63,761 nucleotides of DNA, filler included, from Choristocarpus tenellus KU-1152 (GCA_964200185.2; 10 parts of 10 records of this genome joined end to end with filler, not necessarily neighbours in it), one strand, 5' to 3'. Counted from the first letter of the whole stretch, positions 24,363 through 37,503 are shown. The notes: a model not told the origin generated them from the letters alone. Program-made: numbers and translations.

Positions 24363-27318
24363 ATGAATCTTTCACGTATACCTTTTCTTCTCGCCCTTGT
24401 GGGGATGCTGAGTATCAAAGCTCTCTTCGTCTCAGGCACCAACTCCGCTGCCCTTACTCTCACAGAACAGAAGAGGTACGGTAGTATTGGCTACAAAGTC
24501 GAGCTGTGGCTCGAGTACTCTCTTCACGTCATGGTTGTACTATTGTAGTAGTACAGATACATTTTAGAGATTTTGTTCTGATGACGCAGTAGCAGTTACT
24601 TGCCTGCCGGCTTCAGTCGACGACCAAAGGCAGGCACATATATTTTAGGAGAAGCTGGTAGATATGGCTTCCTTAGTACGAGTTGACATGAAGAGATTGT
24701 ACACTTTAACTAAAGTTTTGTGGCAGTACCCACAGACGTACTCACCCCGATTCTTTTCTCGATGGGGTGGTGTCACTATACGCATATACAACCACCGTGC
24801 ATTGTCAGTTCAAAGGGCACCAAGAGCCATCGTAACTTGTTACTGAAAAGTGTCAGAGGAAAGGAAAGGGTTGCAGTATGGATGAAGATTGTTATGTCGA
24901 GCTGACTTGTGGCTCCACCGGGCAACACAAAGGTGAGCTTTCTACTCGTAAGGTTGATCTGTGTGAAATGTAAAATATACGAAACAAATCCACAGGGAGA
25001 AATAAAACCATCATTCAACTGAACTGTTGGGCATCGAATGTGTATCTCATAGTAGAGGGTGTTGCAGTCTCATTGTGTTTTTTCCAGGTCATATCCAAGA
25101 TGTACGAGATGTAACCTATCTATTAGGCGTTTTAACTGGTTCGAGACCTGTTATTTTGTCTGCGCAACATCAGGTGACATTCGGAAATTCAAAATTGTCC
25201 TCAATTTCATCAGCGATAGTTTCACTCTAGAGATGAAGGCTATATGGGGTCTGCTGCCTCAAGGTAGGTTTTTGGGGAGGTGGACACACAGAGGTAGAAG
25301 CCATGTTAATTTGGTTATCACAATCCAATTTTTTCGTGTGTAAGGAACAACGCAATGCAACGTACTGCTGCTCACGGACCACATTAAGTTGTATTCTACG
25401 TTAGAACGAAACATATTTAGCACACAAAATACTTGGCACCTTAATAATAAGAAGGGTCAAACACGGGCCAAACTTTCGGGTGCTAGACCAACAAATGGTA
25501 ACAGTGTGTATAATATCTCAGGTCTCTTCGTTTGGGTTGGTTATTATTTCACATCTTCTAGGGATAGTTTTAATAATAATAATTAATACACCAGCTAGAT
25601 CACGTAAATACGAGATAGTTCATTGTTTATTGCTAATAGCATAGTCTTTCATGTCCAATACTAATACATTGTGTAGTTATTCGGGTTGTTCCTAATGTTT
25701 CTACAAAGTTGATAAAAACTTTCTTTTCCTAAGTAGTGATTGGTAGAGGTGACCCGATCAAGAAACAAAATCGAAATTTACTTTTATATAGTATGCGAAA
25801 CGAAATGTCCATGCTTTGTTTGTAAGCACAGGGAGAATTGCACCTATCTTGATCAAATGTCATCGTGAACATCAACTATATATTCAAGCGCAATGCAACC
25901 CAAAGTCCTTGATATCTACTTGATGATATAAATCTTCTCACTTCAACCCTTCCTGTTGCCATAATTGCAGGTGGGAGGAGGATATCAAATATGCACTGTG
26001 CTATACTGAGAGTTCCCATTAGACGGGTCTTTGTATGTTGCTGCCCACCTAGAATACCTTGACGGTGTTGGAAACGACAATACCTTTGCAGGGTGGAATA
26101 ATGCAGTACTTTGTAACATTCAAATTTTACCGTATACAAGCTTCATGTTTCTTGACATTGAAGATTCACTATATCTCATCTACACAGAATTGAAAAATGT
26201 CGTTCTGCACGAGCTTGGTCACATCATTGGGATTGGGTAAGTAACAGCAGCATCCCAACCCTACGAAAACTGTACTACAGCTCGTTAAACCTACTTTGAA
26301 GTTATGGCTCAAAGTATCTGAGGGGGGTGGCGGCTGTCCATTTGGGGTCAATTTTTTCATATCGCATTTTTTGGGTGATTTGGTTGCATATGTCCGATGG
26401 ATAATGTAAACACACTTTTCCTGATTTTGACCCAAATGTACACCCCTGGCATAGACCCTCCCCCCCCAGATACTTTGGGTCTTATCGGGGTAAACAACTC
26501 GTCCTATTTTTCTACTTACATCACACATTATAATTGTATACTTAACCCTGTTGATTGGCAGGACTATTTGGGACCACTCTTCCTGGAACTTGTGGGCCGG
26601 AGTTGAAATTTATGACGGTCCGGGCTGCACAGCATGCTCGTATCAAGGTTGGGAAGATCCATCTTCTGCTCATCTCTTTAAGGAAGGATGCCCCAATGCA
26701 CGTAAATAGTACAAGAAGATCTTCACAGGCGAAAAATTCCCCCAAAACCCAGAGACGATTGAGCTGGATGGAGGTATGTGATGCATCTACTGGTGTTGTG
26801 TTGGAGAGATCTCAGGTTGTGTTGATGTCGTGTTGTTGTCATCCGGAGTTCCGTTTAAATGAGCCACTAGTGTATTTGTCCCGCGCTGAATAGTTGAAAG
26901 AGACATGTACGCGGAACTATATGAAGATGAGAGGATGTCGCCCTTAACAGCGATTTACGCAATTCCAACAGGACAAAGAAGAGTGGATAAAGGTAGTATT
27001 CATAATTTCTTTGTCGCATGGAGTTTTTTAGCTGATTCGTGTTCTAGTAAGTGAGGGCAGTTTACCAGCACAAAGAATATGAAATGACGTGACTTTCACT
27101 AAAGTTTTGATGGTTGAACCTTTATTAATCGCAATAAGCTTGCATTGAGCCTGTAGTTGAGGTTGATGTATCTCATATTTTGTCTCTTGCAATGTTCGCC
27201 AGTTGTTGACATTTGGCATGATTATTTCAAACCACCACCAATTTTAACATCTTGTATCATCTTCGTCTTTCGCAATTTACTGGAAGGTTATGGAACAGCA
27301 TGTGGTCACTGGGACGAG
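24363..27318 (+). pseudogene. Leishmanolysin/GP63-like (M8) zinc metallopeptidase, probably a pseudogene. Exon-like blocks approx. 24363-24475, 25088-25263, 25971-26236, 26562-26773, 26894-26991, 27287-27318
   Basis: Signal peptide; AASR|WEE, VLHELGHIIGIG, GYGTACGHWDE. Apparent frameshifts near 25245 and 26010 and in-frame TAG at 26707-26709. Confidence 0.75.
26306..26481. mobile_element. MITE family A, full copy, 4-bp TSD TTAT
   Basis: ttat|ggctcaaagtatctg ... cagatactttgggtc|ttat. Confidence 0.9.
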
Positions 27319-27451
27319 GTGAGATTTGTATTGGTCTTTCTTGGAAGTGTCCATGTACAGCTCAGCCTACTTGTGAAAGACGTATAGGATATTGTGATTG
27401 CAGCTTTGGTTTGAAAATATCCTTATTTATTTCACCTTTTACTTTTGTTGA

Positions 27452-28300
27452 GGGTCAAAGTATATGGGGGGGGGGTGCCGGTGTCCGTTTTTGACCCTTT
27501 TTTCGATTTTCACTTTTTGGTGTGATTTGGTTGCACATGTCGGATTTGAAATGTTGGCAAAAAAAATAAGACTGTTGGTTAGGTTCCCTTTTGTCCTTGC
27601 GTACGCACGAGGAATGGGAATATATGCCACCAATTATTTGGGCTTGGTTAGGAGTTTCGACGTTTGCATGTGTCGGATTTCAAATGTGTTCAAACAGGCT
27701 TATTGGTTGGTGTATGTTGGTCGTATAGTTAGGATGAAGAACGAGAGATATGTCACTCGTTGTTTTAGGGTTAGTCAATGGCTTGTTTGGTTGCATGAGT
27801 GGGGTTTGGTTAGCACAGAAAGAGGGCTCTCGGTTAGGGTGTGTTGTCCCTATGTTAGCACGAGGAATTGAAAAAAAGACCATGGACTGTTTTGAGGTTA
27901 GTCTTTTCGTTTATTTGATTGCACGAGTCGTGTCTGGTATGTACACAAAGAGGACTGTCAGTTAGGGCCTGTTGTCCCGGTGTGTGCAAGAGGGACTAAA
28001 AAATATTCCATAGACTGTTTTATATTTAGTATTTAGTTTATTTGCTTCCATGTGTCGGATTTAGTATGTACACGGATGGGATTGTCGGTCAGGGTGTTAG
28101 GGTCAAAGTTGTTGGCATGAAGGAAGGGAAAAGGGTCAGGTTTTGCTTTCAGGTTAGTGTAGTGTTTCTTTCATATCATGTGTCGACGGATTCTGGATGT
28201 GTTCACAAAGGGTTATTGGTCAAGATCTATTGTCGTACATTTCGCTGGAAATATCTTAAGATATACTTCCACTTCCCTTGATTCGGGGTTAGGGTTAGTG
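27452..28300. mobile_element. Long family-A-related element end with ~130-bp subterminal tandem units
   Basis: gggtcaaagtatatggggg TIR, then ttg(g/a)ttgca...gtcggattt-type blocks near 27528, 27664, 27787, 27915, 28042. Confidence 0.65.
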
Positions 28301-28851
28301 GGTTGAATAAATCCTGATGAGCTAGGGTTGGTTTGGCGTAAGTAGGGTCAATGGCGGCACTGGTACATAATTGAGGTAAGATGCTTGTCTATTTTAGGTT
28401 GCCACGGGATGCAGATGTGGGCTCAGTGCAAGTGTTAGGGTAAGGTTATGGTTAGTGTCGGTGTGCGGGGGTGGCGATCCAGACCATTCGTCGAGTTCAT
28501 GGCACGTGTGTTTGGGGTAGGCTTAGGGTTGGTGTTGTGCTTAGGAGCATCGGACGTGGACTTCAAGATATGTTCCTCCAAGATTTCAAGGAGGACAAGA
28601 TCGGTCCTTGTTTGCCGACACTTGGACAAAGCATGAGATGGCGCATAGACTATTGAGAAGCAGGGGGGAGCTAGGTAGTAGGGTTCAGGGGATAATTAGC
28701 GGCTGGTAAAAAGAAAATATATCCAATCCAGGCCTTGGCGAATTGATTGGAAACTTAGTGGAAAAGGTGGAGAAGAGTTGTTTATAAAATGTTTTATATT
28801 TTAGTAGTCTGAACCTTGGATTGGACACGCTCTGTTAAACAAATAAGAACA

Positions 28852-29108
28852 GAGTGAAAGTATCTTAGAGGGTACAAATATTTCCCTGTTTGTCCATTTG
28901 GGCTTGGCTTCACTCAGGGTTTTTATGACATTTTCCTACTCCAAAATATTTCGGACTAGGTAAAATGTATACATTATGAAAAGGTGTGTCTGGAACAAGG
29001 ATATTGACACTTCCTAACAAACACGATAGGCAAAATTACAACAAAATCGCAACATTGGATTTTGGCCCCCAATTGGACGCGGCTCTACCCTCTAAGATAA
29101 TTTGGCTC
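28852..29108. mobile_element. MITE family B (reverse orientation), TSD ACA
   Basis: aca|gagtgaaagtatcttagag ... tttggctc|aca. Confidence 0.92.
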
Positions 29109-29561
29109 ACAAAGGTCTAATCCTCAAGATGAGTATCACATATGATACACTGACACCTCTGACTGGTAGCAATGTATCCAATACCACTGCATAACCCATC
29201 GGATGGAAACTCCATGAACATGATAGTCGGACACGAAGGCAAGGTACACTGATGCACGAATCAGGCACAAGTAACTCGACCCCCATACTTTAAAAAAAAT
29301 ATGAAACGACTGAAGCCCTATTTCAACTGGTGGGCGGAGTTGAAATGGCAGCCCTTACCCTTCTCCCACCACTCTACAAGCTTCGGGTATGCCTCGGCAG
29401 AATATGCCAGAGATTTAGGCGCGTGGAGTACCTGTCGTTCCACAGTTCGGGCTTCACGAGGCTCATGAAGATGGCCTTCCTTTGATGGAATGCTTCCAAA
29501 TGCTTGGGGCGCAACGTGCTGCTGGGCTTCCCTCCACGACTGCTGAGTTTTAGCTGTGTGG

Positions 29562-29643
29562 GAGCCAAAGTATCTGAGAGGGTACGGCCCCGTCCAAATA
29601 GGGTCTCGAATTCATTGTGGACGATTTGTTAATGTAATTATGG
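29562..29643. mobile_element. Truncated, diverged MITE-B left end
   Basis: gagccaaagtatctgagagggtacggccccgtcc aligns to the B start. Confidence 0.6.
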
Positions 29644-30339
29644 GAAAGCGTCTTAACTGGTGAGTGTGATGAGCCCCCGATTCACAGGGGCACCTGTGGG
29701 CTCATGGACGTAGCAGTCATCCCCGAATACAAGGTATGTGGCCGCTCTGCCTGTCTTTATGAGCCCGAACCCATGGTCATATATGACCTGGGTAAGGATT
29801 TGGGTTTGAACTCGGTACTGCGACAAAGCGGGTTTTGTTGCCGATCGTAGGAGCTCGGTAACGCATGCCTCCTTGAAGGCTTTGGTGATCCCCACGACAG
29901 ATGCATCGGCGGAGTAAACCGCATCCTGTGGCACGCAGTCGCCATCACCATGTGTGGACGTTTCGTCGTCATCTTCATGCCTCGTAGTAGATGGCGCTGT
30001 ATTTTCCGCGTCTCCGCCCTTTCTGGCAGAAGGGAAGACGTCCGCAAAAAAGCTAGGTTCTAGATTGCGTTGTGAAGAATATGCTTTTTATTCGTGTGTA
30101 AAAGATTTCGTAGGATAAATAATCAGTTGTTTGATTATGTTTTGATAACGGGATAATTGATAGGAAAGTTTTCTGTTGAGTAATCGTGAGAATATTATCC
30201 GGGTTATTATAGTACAACACAGAGAATGAGTGATGTGTTAAGTGAGTGACCTGTTATTCGAATATGAGTTGTAAGGTGACAACCCCCTTTGAGCTTTGAA
30301 GTTCACTCTCCTTCCTTACACCTTACTTCATGCACACTA

Positions 30340-30494
30340 GAGTAGGTAAAATGTATACATTATGAAAAGGTGTGTCTGGAACGAGGATATTGACACTTCC
30401 TACCAAACATGATAGCCAAAATTACTTCAAAATCGCAACATTGGATATGCGTCCAAATGGACGCGTCTCTACCCTCTCTAAGATACTTTTACTC
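30340..30494. mobile_element. Truncated MITE-B (reverse orientation)
   Basis: Half of the B interior plus ctaagatacttttactc end. Confidence 0.8.
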
Positions 30495-30799
30495 TACAAC
30501 CTGTTTTGGATAATAAGGAATTAATCGAGTTATTTACATACACAAGTCTTGGGAACACCAATTCCTTTGACATGCTAGCTAGCATTACTTATTGAATTGT
30601 GCTAAGTTCTCAAGGCTAGCATTAAATCGATTTGAGGGGGAGTTGGTTACAGAAGAAGACGTACTACGAGAAGAGCGGAGGATAGTGGTGACACGACACC
30701 TGCAACACCAGTTGAAGAAGGTGGAGAGGTAGTCGAGTCTGAGGAGGATGAAGGCGGAGAGGCGGTTAGCACAACCGTGCAACAGGGCGTACCAACTGG

Positions 30800-33209
30800 G
30801 CAGAGATTAAAACGACCGATTCCACTGCCATCGAAGTCTAAGGTCTACAGTGGCGATGATGATGATGATGGTTTGCTATGTTTGAGAAAAAATACTTTGG
30901 TGTGCTGCGATGGGCAGCTGGAAGGATGCATTGTTATCTGATGATAACATCAGAGTCAGCAGCGGTTCCTTCGACGATTCAAGATGGTTCGAACAAGAAA
31001 TGGAAAAGGCGAGTATGGCGATGGCTGCTCTGGTGATGGCTTTGGATGGGTTCGCGGAACAAGTGGCAAGCAACCACGACAGTCCTTCCGAAGCTTTCCA
31101 ACCTTTAAGGAACCACTTTAAGAGAAGTGATATCACTGAAAGAGCAAACATGAGATCGAAGCTTAATTCGTTACATTTACCTGCTGGAGAGGATCCGTCC
31201 ACAGTCATCATGGAGTTGAACAGTATTGTGAAGAAAATGCGATCCCTAGATGATGAACCGAGTAATGAGGAGCAATTGAGTGCCATGCACAATTGCTCGA
31301 CTGACGAAAATTTTATCGAGATTCAACAAGTCACAGGATGCGGACAAGCAGCAAGGTTGGATTTACAACGAGTTTGCGAAACCTACCAACTTCGTGAACG
31401 ACGGATGGGAAATAATGGTGGTGTGTTGATGGTGGGAGGTCTCTGTTCGAGAAGTGGAACTGCTGGTTTTCAGAAGGATCAGCAGTCAAGACATGTGAAG
31501 TGCTGGCAGTGTGGAGGACCACACTTTCAATCTTCCTGTCCCACCATTTTTTCGTTCCGTTCTGGATCCTATACAGGTTCTTGTTATGTCTGTGGAGTCA
31601 AAGGACACAAGGCTTACTGTTGTCCCAATCGCGCTGGTGATTTGGGAGAATCAGGTCAACGATCGTCTGGACAAACTCCCTGAAGGAAGAAGAATGGTAA
31701 AGGGAAGGGGAGTGGCAATGCAAGCAACACTGGTGAAGCTGTCCATGGAGAACACAAAGCAAATGGTACAGCAGTTCAGGTTGGAGGATTCTCATCGGTG
31801 AGCAATGATGGAAGTTTTGTGGAAGTGGATGAACTTTGGTTTTTTGACAGCTGGTGTTCGGTTCATATGACAAACAGTCCTACTGCTCTGATAGATCCAA
31901 AACCTGTGGTAGGGACATTGGTGACTGTTGGGGATGGAAAGGTTCTACATGTTTCAGCCATAGGTTATTTGTCACTGTCTTGTGTACAGAATGGGGAAGT
32001 TCAAACTTCGTCTTGTACAATGTGTCATTTGTTCCTGGGTTAAAATTTAATCTCTTCTCAATGATACAAGCGGGGAAACAATCTGGGGGAGAATTATATT
32101 GGAAAGGGGGAAATTCTCTGCGATTAACCCCCTCTTCTGGAGGACCTGGATTGGAATTTGTGAAGACAAGTGGGAAGAATTATGGATTGTTTACATTGAA
32201 AGCTAATTGAAGAAGCTTCTTGACAATTCCTGACCTGCCCTCAAGACAACTACCTGACATGTCAGAGAGGATTGTGTCAGGACTAGTTCTAGCCGAGGGG
32301 GAGGCGGGAACTGACGTACTCGCCCTGACAAGGGCTGGAGGAGATACCGTCACAGGTGGAAAATCTGAGGAGACTGCAATGTCAGAGGAGGATATTGCAG
32401 CGACAGGAGTGAACACCCTTGAGGGGGTTTGAGGAGATGCCATCGACCCAGGGTGGACTATTGAGGAGGAAAGGCCTCCCCCCAAAGTGGCTGCAGTACA
32501 TGTTGATCTGGAGCGACCGACTGGGGCCCAAGCGACGTCAGAGGAGGATATTGTGGCATTTGATGAGCTCGCCCGGGGTGGGGCTGGAGCATTCGTCACT
32601 ACCCCATGGGGGCTGAGTGGCGGAATGAGACCCACTAGGACTATGGACATACATCAAATGCATGATCAGCTGGGTCATTGCCGTGAGGTGATGGTACTAA
32701 GGTACGCCAAGGAACGTGGGATACATCTCACTGGAGAGTGGCAGCAATACTGCAAGGGGTGTTCTGTTGGGAATACTCACCGCAAACCAGTACCAAAGGT
32801 GACGTCGTGCAGATCGGGGAAGCGCTTGGGGAGGGTGTTCATAGATCTCAGTGGACCCAAGCCTGGGGTGAGCAGCCCTGGCGGATTTTTTTATGATATG
32901 CTCATGGTCTGCGACAAGACAGGGATGGGATGGTTACGATTTCTGAGATCGAAGGATGAGACTACTAAGGTAGTTCGGGCTTTTATCAGGGATGTGGCTG
33001 AAGTGGAAAATATAAGGATTGGGTGTGTGAGGACTGACGAGGGGACGGAGTTCAAGAATGTTGACTTTGAGGATGTACTCGACGAACGTAAGATCCGGCA
33101 TGAGTATACTCTGCCTGGAACTCCTCAACTCAATGGGAAGGTGGAAAGGGCTCTTGCCCTGATTGCGGAAAAGGGTTTGGTCATGATGCATGCAGCTGGT
33201 CTGGGGGAT
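30800..33209 (+). mobile_element. Defective Ty1/copia gag-protease-integrase, cut by a MITE-A insertion and contig end
   Basis: Zn knuckles CWQCGGPHFQSSC and CYVCGVKGHKAYC; protease WFFDSWCSVHMT; HDQLGH..CKGC; integrase VFIDLSGP, RTDEGTEF, PQLNGKVER; stops and frameshifts. Confidence 0.9.
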
Positions 33210-33229
33210 GGCCCAAAGTATCTGGGGGG
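33210..33229. mobile_element. MITE-A terminus inserted in copia integrase
   Basis: ggcccaaagtatctgggggg then gap. Confidence 0.75.
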
Positions 33230-33329
33230 NNNNNNNNNNNNNNNNNNNNNNNNNNNNNNNNNNNNNNNNNNNNTTAATTAATTAANNNNNNNNNNNNNNN
33301 NNNNNNNNNNNNNNNNNNNNNNNNNNNNN

Positions 33330-33559
33330 GATTGAGCAACCAAGAATACTGAATTCACATCTTATCATTCTTGACTGAGAGATCAATGACCTCAGTTACA
33401 ACAGAATAAATACATTGGTGCTTTGCAGCACAATCACATCTATCCATAAAATAGATTATGCATATTACTTATCGGTGCTTTGCAACACTAGTATTCCTCA
33501 TTGCTCGCAGTCTAGGCATTTTGCTTACATGTACGATGCATTCGATTCAGGCTTCAACA
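33330..33559 (-). mobile_element. Second copy of the TGTTGAA-starting LTR-like repeat (partial)
   Basis: Reverse-complement match to 21783-22013. Confidence 0.7.
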
Positions 33560-33920
33560 AAAGTAGTGGCTCTAATAAGCAATGTCCATCTCTCTAGTTC
33601 ATAATCATCTTGCAGTCCTAGAAAGGTCACTTTCAGTTCTTCGTCAGAAAATCTCAGACCTACTGCAATCAGTCTCTAAGCAAGTCGATGCACCTTTAGC
33701 ACGTAAGGTTGAGGCTTCTCTCCTGGTCCAAGTCTGCTCGATCGGAACTTATCCCAAAGCCTAAGTCTTTCATCCAAGGCACGTGGTTCGTAGTAGTCAT
33801 TCAATGGATCAAGTGGATTTCTTGGTGTCTCACGTTCAACACAATCTCCAATGCCATCCCCTTACACCCATTTAGAAGGGCCATCCACCCCCTGTTATGG
33901 ATATCCCAATCATCCGTTCT

Positions 33921-34180
33921 GAAGCAAAGTATCATAGAGGGCAGGGTCGCGTCCATTTTGGGGCCAAAATCCAATTTTGCGATTTTGATGTAATTTTTTC
34001 TACCATATTTGTTAGGAAGTGTTAATATCCATGTTCCAGACATACCTTTTCACAACGCATACATTTTACCCACTCCGAAACATATTGGAGTAGGAAAATG
34101 CCATAATAAAACCCCATGGGAAGCCAAACCCCAAATGGATAAACAGGGCAAAACTCGTACCCTCTAAGACACTTTCACTC
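33921..34180. mobile_element. MITE family B, TSD TCT
   Basis: tct|gaagcaaagtatcatagaggg ... actttcactc|tct. Confidence 0.9.
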
Positions 34181-34474
34181 TCTCTCTCGATCTGCTCCTT
34201 CCTACGGATGATTCAGCTCAGCACTCAACGCGCGAGATGCACTACTCGCTGCTTCAAAAGCGTGAAAACGAGCTTGTTATGCAATCCATTCATCACCCTC
34301 TCCGTTCCACACAGGTATGTATGTCCAACTTGTACTTTGAATCCCTGCTCCTCTGCAAGGGTTGTGGTTGTACCTGCTGCTCCTGTTGTACCGACTACCC
34401 TGCCGCAGCCTGCACTCCTTGCTGTGCCAATGCAGCTTCCAACGCCCTAGTTACAGTCAAGCTCTCACACTCCA

Positions 34475-34730
34475 GAGTCAAAGTATCTTAGAGGGTAAAG
34501 CTGCGTCCGTTTGGCGGCCAAAATGCAATGTTGAAAGTTTGATGTAATTTCGCCATCATATTTGTTAGAAAGTGTCAATATCCTTGTTCCAGACACACCT
34601 TTTTATAGCATCTACATTTACCTACTCCAAAACATTTTCGGTGAAGGAAAAATGTAATAAAAAATCCGTGGGAATCCAAGCCCCAAATGGACAAACAGAG
34701 CAACTCCTACCCTCTAAGATACTTCCAATC
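34475..34730. mobile_element. MITE family B, 4-bp TSD TCCA
   Basis: tcca|gagtcaaagtatctt ... acttccaatc|tcca. Confidence 0.9.
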
Positions 34731-35109
34731 TCCAATGTTCATGCATACTCTTGGAACACTGTGGATAGATCCTCCACTGGCACACCAAGAAGTCGTGACA
34801 TGTCATTGACGGGGTAGGTAAAAACCATGTATATGCATGAACATCAGCTCATCTCACACTCTCACTCATCACCCATCAAACCATGTCTTTTCTTTTTCTG
34901 GCGTGCTCCAAACCACACAAAACCCCTCTAACCCTATACATCGGGCGCATCCACGTGCTACTTCTCTACCAATCAGGCAAGATACTGCTGCCGGCTAAAT
35001 GCCGCATTTTCCATCTCTCACACTGCCTACTGATCAAGCAAATGTGAATGGGGGGGGCTTAGTTGACCTCTCCTACCAAGGCTTACATTACAGCACTATA
35101 ATCGATGTA

Positions 35110-37228
35110 CTACCTCCGTGTCATAAGTTTGTGCTGCGTTGTCCATAACTTTCGAAAATGTTGATGAAACTCATTCCTGAAAGAAGATTTGGAATCATTG
35201 AGGAATTTCTGGTTAGGGCCGGCTCTTTTGTTATTTTTACTCCCCATCCAGCACAATTTTATTAGCAACAGAAAAGGCCTCCGTGTCTACCTTCGGCATG
35301 TTTTCAAGGTCACCAGATAACTGCCTCTTCCTTACCCCTGTGTGCTCCACACTGAAGTCCTTCCCCCCTTTGTGTCTAAGTACTTGATTGTACACCACAA
35401 AAAGGAGCTGCCAAGCCCTCTCAAGTGTAGTTTCATCGTACTCCTCACACAGTTTCTTAATGGCCTTCACCATCTCCTCAACGGACTCAAACTGCTCCCC
35501 CATCAACCAACATTTCAAAGACCCGAAGAAGCACAGGTCCATGATATTGAGGTGGAGTTAGATGGCTGCGTCATGAGCCTAATCAACCACCCTCAGTCTT
35601 CCCTACCCCTGACAAGATTTCTGAGTTGCCCTTGCCCATGTGGGGGGTGGCATGGTCTTGCTGAATGACAACATGCTTCCCCTGCAACCAAGGCACCTTA
35701 GTCTTGATTGCAGGCAGCAACTCCAACGTGTACCACTTCCTGTACCACAAAGGGTCGAACATATAGTCCTGCTCATACACATCCCCCTTTTTATTGTTCT
35801 TGCTTGTCCTGTCTGCCGTTTTTGGCACACACACACGCCAAACACCAAGCTTTCCATCCAAGCTGTGAGCCGCATCTGGGCGGGCGTTGGCTGCAATGAT
35901 CATGGTTTTGGGGATATGACTCTTGTGCTGCACATTAGGGGACCCTGGAAGGTCGCTGTCATTCTCATGCGGACATACCCTAACCCATTCCCCATCAGCC
36001 ATCACGTAAAACCAGGTTTCTGCTAAAACATAGGCTACTCATTCGATTTGTTTTGATACGATACAGCATTGTCAGCTCACACTAAATGCTGATTCGTCCA
36101 TTGTACTGGTCGCTATACCCATTCCCATCATTAGTTCAATATCACACTTTACTCAGCCATTGTAAGTACGTCACAGTGGATAGAAAGCATAGGAACAGTC
36201 GCTGACCATCATACGCACATACTATGAGGGATATTTGTTATGTTTGAAATGGATTCAAGGTTGTCTTTTTGTTTCTTTGGTTTTACTTCATCTCCATGAC
36301 GCAAGTTATCAGTTGCATAGGATGTGTTGATTATTATTCTTACTTGACTGGCATTGCCCCATCGTAAGCCATACGTCACTCTGCAACATGTATAAGATAC
36401 ACACCAGGATGCAATATAAACAGAGTCAAATCCACCCTTCTCTGCCAAGGTGACAAGCCTCTTCACAGAGGATTAATTTCTTTATATGAATGTCTCAATA
36501 TATGACCACACAGTTTCTATCATTCACCGTCTGCTTGAGTAAAATATGCCACAGATATAACAGTATCCATGTCCCTTCAACCAAAGTCTGATTGAGTAAG
36601 ACACCCCTTCAGACACATCAAACCGAACCCGCAGGTGTCTTGTTGCACTGTGACACACACTTGCCTCTAACTGTGCTAAATCATAGCACAACCAAACATA
36701 CCTTCACATTAAGCACTGTCTGACTAAATACAACATTTCATCAAACCTACCAGAACAAATTCATCAGTGCTTTTGTTGCGCTATGATCTCCTTCGTCACA
36801 AACCAGACACATCACCGCAACACACAACTCATACGAAATTAAGTTTCAACAGTTTCATCCACATGGATCATGTTTGCTATGGAGGCGTACACACCACGTT
36901 TCCAGTCCACTTGATTGCAAACATAGTCCATTCTCCATACCTTTTGCAACGATTTAACCTTGGGTTTGATCCAGCGGTGATTCAGTATGGCCCCCATATC
37001 ATCCAACCACCTTCTTATGATGCTCATGGTATAATTCAGCCCCTAGGCAGCCATCTTCATTGTCACCTGACGCATTGTGGATGACCGATTATCGGAGCTG
37101 ATACTATGCATTGCGACCATCTTGGTTGATGTGAGCTCCGAAGGCCGCCCACTACGTGCCTCCACCCCTAGGTAGAGCGTGTGGCCACGGGCAAACTGAT
37201 TGGCGACGTCCTCCCAGAGCCCTCGCAT
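35110..37228 (-). mobile_element. Defective Tc1/mariner element, plant-like DD39D clade; transposase split by a solo LTR
   Basis: HVDE|TWF, QHKSHIPKTM..AANARP, DGKLGVW, LPAIK.K, VIQQDHATPH, QPSNS, DLCFF. Terminus TA|CTACCTCCGT at 35108-35119 resembles the Stowaway/mariner TIR. Stop and small deletion around the third catalytic Asp. Confidence 0.88.
36021..36851 (-). mobile_element. Solo LTR (831 bp, TG...CA) with 5-bp TSD GTTTC
   Basis: gtttc|tgctaaaac ... gtttcaaca|gtttc; removing it restores HVDETWFYV in the transposase. Confidence 0.85.
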
Positions 37229-37441
37229 GTAACACTTGGTTACTCCAAACTCCGCTGCAAGGGCCGGCCCAACATGTCACGGCAATTTATGCTCACCAGG
37301 GATCATCAAAAGGGCGAGCCACACTGCAAGCGCAACCCTGGNNNNNNNNNNNNNNNNNNNNNNNNNNNNNNNNNNNNNNNNNNNNTTAATTAATTAANNN
37401 NNNNNNNNNNNNNNNNNNNNNNNNNNNNNNNNNNNNNNNNN

Positions 37442-37503
37442 AGCAAAAAAAGGGTGAAAAAACGCAGCCACTCCCCCCCCCCCCCCCCCAGATACTTTGA
37501 CCC
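37442..37503. mobile_element. Family-A terminus (long-variant type) at contig start
   Basis: poly-C + agatactttgaccc. Confidence 0.75.

Noticed and set aside
27452-28300. CRISPR-like or RT-template array
   Set aside because: Units are degenerate along their whole length, with no constant repeat plus unique spacer structure and no cas or RT gene nearby; eukaryotic context.
35110-37341. Fanzor/TnpB nuclease cargo in the mariner
   Set aside because: No RuvC or zinc-ribbon motifs recognised; the insert is a solo LTR.
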